From contig JAADVB010000151.1 of NCBI GenBank assembly GCA_023334545.1, forward strand, positions 1 through 47,037: DNA of 47,037 nucleotides, in the 5' to 3' direction. A program made the translations under genes and the position numbers. The notes beneath the pieces are model-generated. The model was not told where the DNA came from and searched no databases. It saw only the letters and a program-made list of their open reading frames with translations. This DNA is from Salisapilia sapeloensis CBS 127946 (Eukaryota; Protista; Oomycota). Shown one piece after another: positions 11,139 to 20,400 of the stretch (the first letter of the stretch is position 1; every line of letters starts with the position of its first letter).

Positions 11139-11154
11139 TCACTTCTTCATTTGC
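11139..11154 (+). promoter_or_regulatory. Oomycete-type INR+FPR core promoter
   Basis: TCACTTC-TT-CATTTGC matches YCAYTYY-NN-MWTTTNC exactly and ends 30 nt upstream of the ATG at 11185. Confidence 0.65.
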
Positions 11155-11184
11155 GACATCTAGAACACAACGCTTTCAAGCACG

Positions 11185-13167
11185 ATGGTCTTTTCGACTT
11201 CATGCCGACGTGCTGCAGCACTACTTTGTGCATCTCTCTTTATCGGAGTACCGCTGATACGCGCGCATAATTGGATCGATTGTTTCGATCATGACCGTAA
11301 TGTGGTATATGACGACAGTGATGTTTGGGTTCTGGGTGGAAATAAAGGACATGGAGCATGTGAAGGCTACGGCTACAACTATCCTGGACGTGGAGACCCG
11401 GATATTAACACCAAGTACACCTACCTCATTTCCAGGGAAGATGTTATAAATGACGTACCAATTTGCCAGTACACATCTTCTGATGTAGATTACTCTGGAT
11501 GGAGGACTGTGCTTAATGCACAGCCCGGTGATAAGATCTACTATGCATATTTGCCAAACGGACACGTTGTAAAAGACAAAAGTGGACTTGACACAAGACA
11601 AGGTATCTACTGGTCCGGCAAATCAGACGTCCAGCTTATTTCCTACAGCGACATTGTAGACGGCAACCTTGTCGATGGAAGCTTAGCTCCATACGATGAC
11701 GGAAACTGTGGAGAGACATACGAAGATGGTGACTTTAATGGCGGTATGATCCCATCCGGACGTGCTGGTGATTATAAGCCTTGTGTTGGCACTTTTGTCA
11801 TACCAGAGAATACTGCATCCGGAACTTATCCTATGGTTTGGTGGTGGGATATGTTTACTTATGATGACGAAGAGAACATTATATCTGGAGCAGCATTCTC
11901 AACTTGCTTCGATGTTGTCATTACAGATGCGGGCAATGATCCTGCTACGCCGACTTCACCGAGTACAGATGGAAATGAGCCTCCGTCGAATCTAATCCAA
12001 AATCCTACTCCATCTCCGGGATCAACCACTCCCTCTCCGACTATATCGAGCCCTCCATCCGCAAGCGGAGACAACCCCACCAGTCCTCCACCGTCGGATG
12101 TCTCTTTCACTCCTATCACCACTCCAACCCAGGCTCCCGTCCCATCAGACCCACCAGCTCCGCCATCGACTTCACCTCCTCCAGCACCGACATCAGCACT
12201 GCTGCCTGCTCCCATTGTCTCAGACGAACCACTAGGTGCTGTGCGATACACTAGTGTGGGTGGTACCGGATCATACGGGCTAGTCACTACCATCGAATGT
12301 GTCCCTGAAGATGAATGCATTCAGGCTGATTACCCTGTCCAAGGTCCTCTTGTGCCGTTTGATGAAGACTTGACGTTAGCACTACGCGGACCGATGGATG
12401 TCGAGGAGATCTCTGTCTTTACTTTAGGCGAAAATGAATGGAACAGAGCTTCGTACTACTCCAGTCAGCAGGGCCAAGGTACACTTGAAAACATGGTGTT
12501 CTTAAACAACCGAGGCAACGATGCTATAAGCGGTACCTTCACAACATGCCACGGCAACAGCCAGTCGTTCGCAACTGCCGATGGACAAACAGCAGCATTT
12601 CAACCTACCGTATTTGACGGCTACCTTGATGATGGTGTTGAAGTCAATGTCATGTCGAATACACCATGCAATGAACAATGTGGTGCGTCTCGTGGTGTAG
12701 CCTATGAAGGGTGGGCTGGCGCTTACAAGATTTTCATGATAAAGTCGAGAATGCCATTTGGGCAAGGAGGAATTGATATGCCTGCTATATGGCTCTTAAA
12801 TGGTCAAGTAGTCCGAACGGCACAGTACAGTTGCAACTGTCGTGGCGTTGGAACGGATGGACGTTGGCAAGGGGGTTGTGGAGAAGTAGACATCGCTGAG
12901 ATCCTTTCTTCCGGTGGGACCGAGCTTACATCCACCGTGTTTTCATTCCAAGGTGCACGAGGCACCGAGAATTTTACAACTCGGCCAGTCGATTCTAGCT
13001 CCATCTACATCGCTCTCTTCCATGGAGATAGTGGCGACGATCGTGGCACGATCACCATTCTCAGCTACGACGAATCTGCACTCGATCTTTCCGTCGCTCC
13101 ATCTCCAGACCAAGTCCAGGAATGGCTAGACTACGCCAATGCGCAAGTTTTGGACTTTGAGAATTAA
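11185..13167 (+). CDS. Secreted two-domain protein: N-terminal His1 LPMO-like (DUF7492-like) domain, P/S/T linker, TOS1-like (DUF2403 + GH16-like) domain
   Basis: Intronless 660 aa with signal peptide ...PLIRA|HNW. N-terminal domain motifs: A.PG...NGHV, YDDGNCGE, YPMVWWWD, FSTCFDV. Linker is about residues 250-345. TOS1-like motifs: YTSVGGTGSY..VT, GPLVPFDEDLTLALRGP, DMPAIWLLN.QV.RT.QY, GCGEVDIAE. Confidence 0.85.
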   Translation: MVFSTSCRRAAALLCASLFIGVPLIRAHNWIDCFDHDRNVVYDDSDVWVLGGNKGHGACEGYGYNYPGRGDPDINTKYTYLISREDVINDVPICQYTSSDVDYSGWRTVLNAQPGDKIYYAYLPNGHVVKDKSGLDTRQGIYWSGKSDVQLISYSDIVDGNLVDGSLAPYDDGNCGETYEDGDFNGGMIPSGRAGDYKPCVGTFVIPENTASGTYPMVWWWDMFTYDDEENIISGAAFSTCFDVVITDAGNDPATPTSPSTDGNEPPSNLIQNPTPSPGSTTPSPTISSPPSASGDNPTSPPPSDVSFTPITTPTQAPVPSDPPAPPSTSPPPAPTSALLPAPIVSDEPLGAVRYTSVGGTGSYGLVTTIECVPEDECIQADYPVQGPLVPFDEDLTLALRGPMDVEEISVFTLGENEWNRASYYSSQQGQGTLENMVFLNNRGNDAISGTFTTCHGNSQSFATADGQTAAFQPTVFDGYLDDGVEVNVMSNTPCNEQCGASRGVAYEGWAGAYKIFMIKSRMPFGQGGIDMPAIWLLNGQVVRTAQYSCNCRGVGTDGRWQGGCGEVDIAEILSSGGTELTSTVFSFQGARGTENFTTRPVDSSSIYIALFHGDSGDDRGTITILSYDESALDLSVAPSPDQVQEWLDYANAQVLDFEN

Positions 13168-13350
13168 AATAAAGATCATTTTGCTCCAATTCGATCTACG
13201 AATGCTCCAAGTTTCCACATCTCCTTCTGTAGTTGAAGTTTGGCTGTGAGAATGCATACGACCTTTGAAAATGAATTTACAAGAATGCGTGTGGCATCCG
13301 TTTATTTTGGCCAAGAATTCATCATCGAATCTCTCATGATAACGACCAAA

Positions 13351-14144
13351 ATGCTAGCAAAGGTAGCTCGGCAGCAACAACAGTGCTCGAGTCTGTTGCG
13401 CACAGCCAGCTTGCGTACAACTACTCGGATGGGTTCCGTCCGTCAAACGATGTCGTGGTCTCCAGTGAACATGACCACGATACCAGCCTTTGTTCCAACC
13501 ACAGGCTGGCGATCGGTTGGCACCATCCGTAAGCGGTATGTCACGCCACTTCCATTTACTCGCAAAGTCCGATTTGGAACGACTACGACGACCAAATCGG
13601 GTTCTACGAATCATGCTGCGAAAGAAACGAGCGAGCAAGCGAGTCGACGTGAAATGATGGTGGAGAAATCCAAGCCGCACATGTCTCGTTTGAAGGAGAT
13701 GTGGCGCAAATATGGCTTAGTAGCTATCGGCACGTACGTTACGATGTATGGTATCGTTCTTGGCTCGATCTATCTCGCCATGGACCTCGGTCTGGTGCAG
13801 AAAGCGAAACCAGTTTTGAAACGATTTAACACACAAGGCCATGTCGTGGAAGACAAAGACAGAGAGGCCAATGAAGACGACTTTAGTGTCGTCTCGTACA
13901 CGAACAAGTACGTTGTATGTACCATGTAAAGATATATTTGTCTAAAGTCGCGTATAGATGGATTGAAATCGCGGAAAAGTATGGCATCGCAGACTACATG
14001 GACGTTCATAAAGTGAACTCCAAGACGGGCACGTTCCTATTAGCGTGGGTGGCCACGAAGTTCACGGAGCCGCTACGTCTGGCTTTGACTGTTGCCATCA
14101 CTCCTCGAGTTGCTCGACTAGTTGGTCGTGTGCCGAAACATTAA
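13351..14144 (+). CDS. FAM210/DUF1279-family mitochondrial membrane protein (about 247 aa)
   Basis: Arg/Ser/Thr-rich transit-peptide-like N-terminus. LKEMWRKYGLVAIGTY and GTFLLAWVATKFTEPLRLALTVAITPRVAR are DUF1279 signatures. A 50-bp intron at 13908-13957 joins the two ORFs in frame. Confidence 0.85.
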
Positions 14145-14576
14145 GAGAGCGTGGATAAAAATTAGAATGGGCATTGTCGTCCAAGTCGTGGATATGATTG
14201 ACGTCTCTTCATTTACTGCCAACTCAGCTGGAATCTGTGGTGATAAGTAGAATTGGCGCTAATGAGCAATATGTAACGACCTTTTGGACATTTTGCGATG
14301 CATTAATGATAATTGTGCCTTGGCATTTTTGTGATAAAGGATGTGAGTTACTTTTTACCTGCGTGACGAGTCACGTCGATGGTTATTCCCATGAGATGCG
14401 ACTGTTCATTGGCAACGTCTGACATCTCCAGCACGATTGTGCTAGGTAAGACGCTACCTTTGCGAAAGTCTGTTTACATTCGTTGACAATGCCACCTGAT
14501 AGGTCATGCAACTGTGCTCTTTATCTCTTTCTCTCGGTTTAGTACGTTATAAGCTTCCAGTCGCGATCTTGAAGCC

Positions 14577-17191
14577 ATGAGCAATGCTCCACCACCGTAA
14601 CCACTATCGATTATTTAGTACTTTTCATAAATTGACGTGCCATGTAGCCGTGGACCTCCTCCAGGACCTCCGCCAGGTAGACCACCAGGTGTACCGCCAT
14701 CGTATCCGCAGGCAAGAGGACCGCCTCCAGGAAGTGGACCACCTCGACCGATCGTACCAATGAACTCTCCTCCTCGCGGACCCCCAGGTTTCCATCATAC
14801 CTCCACTCGAATAAATCATGTAACTCATTGTGACCTAGGCATACAACCAAGAGGCCCACCTCCGGGAGGACCACCTACTGGACCGCCAGGTAGAGGACCT
14901 CCTGCAGGGTCTCCACCACCAAGGGGGCCACCTCCAGGTGGTCCACCTGCTGGTCCACCGGGTAGAGGCCCACCTCCAGGAGGCCCTCCTATTGGGCCAC
15001 CAGGTAGGGGACCTCCTGCAGGATCTCCACCTCCTCGTGGACCACCACCGGGCGGTCCACCAACGGGTCCACCAGGAAGAGGGCCACCAGCAGGGTCACC
15101 TCCGCCTAGAGGACCACCTCTGGGTGGCCCACCGGGCAGGGGACCTCCAGCTGGATCTCCACCACCTCGCGGTCCACCAGGACGAGGGCCTCCAGCGGGC
15201 TCACCGCCATTGAGAGGACCACCCCCTGGCATGCCTCCTGGAAGAGGTCCACCAGGTGTAGGTATGGTGGGGAGAGGTCCTCCTCCTGGAATGCCATTAG
15301 GAAGAGGACCGCCTCCAGGTATGCCGCCGAACATGGCGCCGGGTCAAATGCCAAGAGGTCCTCCTTCTGGAATGCCACCGCGAGGACCGCCGCCTGGAAT
15401 GGCACCTCCTGGACAGCCTGGCAGAGGGCCGCCTAGACCTCCTCCTGGTGTTCACTCGCCAAGTACGGAACAACCACAAGCGCTACCAGGTACTGCGACT
15501 GAAGAAGCCGCGTCAGGAGTCCCACCAAGTGGTCCGCCAGGTCCACCACGTGGCCCACCGGCACGACCACTAGAGCCTACAAGCGTCGCACCACCTCCAG
15601 GAACAGTGGAAGACTCGACGCCATCATTGCAACCATCAGGACCAATGGCTCCGCCTAGAGGACCTCCTGGACCTCCTCGTGGTCCACCTGGTAAGTGTCA
15701 TCGACAGTACAAAACTATCTTTTCATGTGGTAACCTAGTCAAGCAGGACCTCCTCGCGGCCCACCTGGACATCCAGGCAATGCTGCTTCAGGAAGTATTC
15801 CACCACAAGCACTTCCACCGAGTGGAGCGTTCGATCGCTTTGGAAAGTTGACAATCAAAGTACTTCGTGCTTTTGAGTTGAAAAAGTTGGGTATGATGGA
15901 TACAGCCGATCCGTTCGTGAGGTTAACGATTGGGGCACAAAACTACCAGACGAAGGTGCACGAGAAAGGAGGGCGGAATCCAGAGTTTGATGAAAGCTTT
16001 GAGTTTAATATTTCAACTGAGAAGGAGCTTGTACTGGAAGTACTAGACAAAGAAGATGGAAGTAAAGACCGGATGATGGGACATGCAAGAGTCGACATTG
16101 TCCCGTGGTTGACAAAAGGTAACTTTGATGGAGACATTGATCTTATCGCAAACAAGGACGAGCAAGCTGGTAAGCTCTCCGTTAGTGTCAAGTTTATCAA
16201 ACCAAGTGTCCCGTCCAATGCGCCTATTAAGGAACCACCAACTGCACCCCCGGTTCTATCTGGTCCAGCGGTTGCCCCACTACCTCCTGGCAGCAACGCA
16301 GTAAACGTTCCAGGCAGCACGGCTGCGATCGCTCCATCGGAACCTCCTCGAGATCCGAATGGGAAGTTTACTGATAAGGAGATCTTGGAAGCATTCCAAG
16401 CGTTTGATCTCGATCATAATAACTATGTCGGTGCTGCTGAAATTCGACATGTGCTGATTAACATCGGTGAGTCGCCGACGGATGAAGAAGTGGATGAGAT
16501 GATCAAGATGGTAGATAAGGACGGTGATGGACAAGTGAGCTTTGATGAGTTTTATGCGATGGTCACGAAGGGCCAGAAGCCACCTCCTGGCTTTGGTCCT
16601 ACCCCGTTACCTGTTGGCGGACAGCCAGCTGGATCATCTGCACCTGTTTCAACTGGAGCTCAAGCCATTCAACAACGTAAAGAACGGAAGTCGGCTTTAG
16701 AGGAGTTTGCTCGGGACAATGGGATCAAGTCAGAAAGTGTGAAGAAAGCGTATAAACGGTTCCAAGCAACAGATCAAGACGACTCTGGTCTAGTTGACTA
16801 CGCGGAGTTCTGTGAAGTTATGCAAGTGGATCCGTCGCCAGTGTGTCAAAAAGTCTTCCAACTCTTTGATAATGAACGCATCGGGAAGATTGACATGCGT
16901 GAGTTCTCTATCGCGCTTTCCAACTTTTCCGGTGCAGAGAAGGAAGAGAAGCTCAAGTTTGCCTTCTTAGTCTACGATAGTGATGGAAACGGAGTGCTCA
17001 CGAGAGCGGAGCTTGTTCGTATCCTGAAAGCGAACCACATGGCGTCGAGTGAGGCCGAGGTGGCCCGTAAGGCGGACACAATAATGGCGGCGTCGCAAAA
17101 AGACGGAAATCGTGACAACGTCTTAACCTTCGACGAGTTCGCGGTTGTAGCGAAGAGATTTCCGAATATTCTCTTCCCAGCCTCTCTATAG
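14577..17191 (+). CDS. Pro/Gly-repeat + C2 domain + six-EF-hand calcium-binding protein (about 818 aa)
   Basis: Exons 14577-14596, 14648-14787, 14839-15690 and 15747-17191 total 2457 nt in frame. C2 domain: LTIKVLRA..L...[23 protein letters not shown] loops: [60 protein letters not shown] and a degenerate sixth. Confidence 0.85.
14839..15690 (+). repeat. Coding tandem repeat of RGPP(P/A)G units (10/14-aa modules, then PGM variants)
   Basis: [14 protein letters not shown] alternates with [10 protein letters not shown], followed by RGPPPGM units. Synonymous codons differ between copies. Confidence 0.9.
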
Positions 17192-17476
17192 GAGTAGCGA
17201 AATCCGGAAGATAAAAATGAACCATATACAACTAGTAGATCCGTTTTTATTTGTGACAAAAGTTATTCATTCGATTGTAGTTCTCTCGTATCCTACAGGT
17301 AGTTTATAACGACAGCGTCTACCATTGTCAAGTTTGTAAAGATAGTTTGTCAGAGAAAGTCTCCTTGAAGTTATAATCAGACATATGCGATTGGCTATTA
17401 ATTCTGTAGGAGCTCTAGGATTGAGTAAAACTCAAGAGCACACAGACACAAATCGAGCAAAGTACAAATTGGACGG

Positions 17477-20400
17477 ATGAAGCGCCGATCGACGAGGGAG
17501 GCGACGCGCCGAGTGCTGCGTCGAAAGAATGTTGTAGATGATGACTCAGAAGAGGAAGAGGATGAGGTCGAACAGGAAGAGGAAGAAGAAGAGGATCCGA
17601 CGCCAGTAACTACACGCAGTCAGCGAGCTCGACGTCGAGTCGACGATGATGATGATGATGAAAGTAATGAAGAGGAGGAGGAGAAAGAAGGCAAAGAAGA
17701 AGAAGATGATGATGAAGAGGAAGAGGAGGAAGAGGAAGAGGAGGAAAGTGAAGAGGATGCTGAAGAAGATGAAGAAGAAGACGATGACGAGGAGGAAGAT
17801 GAAGATGCGGACGAAGAGGAGGAGACGAAAGAACGGCCACGACCAACGCGTGGACGTGCAACTCCACTCCGTTCTGCCTCGACAAAAACACGAGCAGCCA
17901 AGACTCGAGCGTCTCAAGCGAATAAGGACACTGGAAAGGTGCCTAAGACGCGAAAAGAGATTGTCGATGATGACGACGATAGTGACAATTCTGAAGTCAG
18001 CATGAAAGAAGAGAGTCCGAAGCCAAAAACCCCGTTTAACCGACCAATGCCAAACAAGGTAGTAAAGAAAGAAGATACTTCTAGTAAAGACGAGGATGAT
18101 AGTGGCAGTACCAGTGGTCAGAAACGGAAGCTTTCGGACGCATCTTCATCTGCTGTGAACACACCGAACGCTTCTCCAGCTAGGCGGATGATGAAAAAGT
18201 CTCGTCCGAACTCTCCGGCTACACCTATCGAAGACATTAGCTCGAGCGAAGTGCCTTTCCAGGACATTCGAGAAACCTTACGCACACCAAAGTCAGAAGA
18301 GGACCTGCTGTCGGCAATCACAGACTTGTGTGACAAGGTGATCAAGACAGGTAGATCTCCTAGTCGTCTCTTCACCGTCGGTTTCTTACAAGTTGTCAAG
18401 GAGGACGTCGAACGATTCCGTCAAGCGTCCGTCCAAAAGTACTTACTACGCATGCTACGATCGAAGCATTACGCTGGTGTAAAAGACACGTCTAGTGTCT
18501 CTGACTTTGCAAGTAAAAACCCTCGCTCATCTCCTGCATCCTCTCAGTCCTACGCAGAAATCCCATTGCCAGTGCTCATCGCCAACGTCCTCGTTCAAGT
18601 GTTAAAAGGTCAGGATGAATGGCCAGTGGATACCGTGAAAGTGTTTCTAGATGACTCTGTCACCGGACGTACGTGGGTCGATCATGAGCTCAGCCAAGTC
18701 TTTGTCCAGAACGTCAAGACCTTGCTAAAGACGCCTACAGCAGCAAGTGGCGACAGTCTCATCCGTCAACGTTATCATGGTGAAAAGACCATGACGGAAC
18801 TCTATGGAATATGCACGCAGCACATCAAGTTTCGTTTAGGAGAACTGGACAAGGAGCGCAGTAGTCACTCGAGTTCGTCACTTGGTAGTGGAGGCAGCAA
18901 TGCTGCTCGTAACCTCATCTTGACGCTATTAGACTTTGTATCTTTACCGGAAGCAAGAGTAGGTGGAGCAGAGCACATGGAGACGTGGCTACAGAATCCA
19001 TCTGTAAAAGGGCCAGCGAAAGACTTGCTTAGTCAGATCGTCAACCACTGCACAACGACTGAGACCCTGGACATGAAGACAGTCGATTTATTGCTAAAAC
19101 TAAAGTTAAAGTCGACCATGTTCCAACTGAAAGTCGAAACCATCTCGCGTCTCGTCCTACAGAACAGAGCATACCTCAAGCTCGGACTATCCGTCTACGT
19201 ATCTCGTCAACGTCCGAATAACATTGGGAAAGACGTAGACAACATGAAGATGCTGCAGCACATCTTCCGTGCTGCTCGATCCCACGCATCCTCGAGCTCT
19301 GTCGTAGGCAGATCAGATGATTCGTTCTATACAGTTCCCATGGTGCATCAAGGCGCAGTGGCTAGTACGGAACTTGCACATGTCTTTCGAGAACTAGCTG
19401 CAACGTCAGAGTTTGCACCTGTATTGCGATCCGTCGCCAAGAAGATTTTAACACAACTGACGTTTGAACAAGTGGACATCAAGGCGTTGTGCACCAGTCT
19501 CCTGGACAATGAACCGCATTGGGAGACTCTAACAAAGGTAGCTGATTCTAGACTTGCAGATCACATGGGTCTTGTCGCTAGTATCGCCTGGCTGGTGCTC
19601 TTCATGCGTGGGACGGCCGTCAAGAGCCTTCAGATCCAGCAGTCGAGTGGATCGGGGCGGTCTGGAGGAAACAATAGCTCCATCGGACCGGCCGTGAAAC
19701 TCGGTGCGACGCAGTCCTTGTCTCGCCGAGGACCGCAGTCGGGTAGTCTCTCCCGAATGCCAAAGCTCGGGAGTCGAGATCCAAAGGCAAAAGTAGCTTC
19801 CGGAAAGCATGGTGGCTCGACACCTCCTGGCAGTACCTCGAGTACGAATGAAGGTACAGCAGGTACTCCTGGCAGCTCAAATGCAGACAACAAGCACACT
19901 GTTAAAGTCCATGAGCGTGCAAAGGAAGAGCTGTTACAAGCACTTGCACATGCACAACGCAGTGCTGTGGTGTGTTGCCTCGATTTGTTCCAGCGATTCA
20001 GTCTAACTGGTGCGTCACCTTTTGAAAAGATGTTGTACGAAGTGATTGTCAAAAGACTCTTGTTTCTCGACATTCCGTCGGACGTTCACCCGACGGAGCA
20101 TGATCGTACGTGCTTCCAGTCGACGAAAGAGGACATTCCGCTTCATGAAGATACGTTTGGGATGCTCACGACGCTCTATGCAACCTGTTCTGCCGTCGAC
20201 AGGACAGAGGCACTTCGGACGCTAGAGACTGTCGTGTGTCGAGCAGCTGATGGCCAACTACGTCGAGAGAGTCAGTGGAAGAACCGAGAGAGTGATTTGG
20301 CGGTATATCGACAGAACGGTGGTGTCGTTGGTGTCCAAGTGAAGGACGTGAGCTTTCTAGAGAATCTGTTTGCGCTTGTTAAAATCAGTCGAGAGCAGAT

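Noticed and set aside
13240-13350. N-terminal extension of the FAM210 ORF, and similar non-ATG extensions in the ORF track
   Set aside because: The track uses TTG/GTG/CTG starts, which are artefacts for a eukaryote. The transit-peptide-like sequence begins at ATG 13351 (13336 is also possible).
14825-15479. Gly/Pro-rich minus-strand ORFs and collagen-like appearance
   Set aside because: They mirror the RGPP repeat. The sense peptide lacks strict Gly-X-Y periodicity, so it is not collagen.
17546-18005. Poly-Ser, poly-Leu/Phe and poly-Lys/Arg ORFs
   Set aside because: These are alternate-frame readings of the INTS1 GAR/GAY triplet tract.
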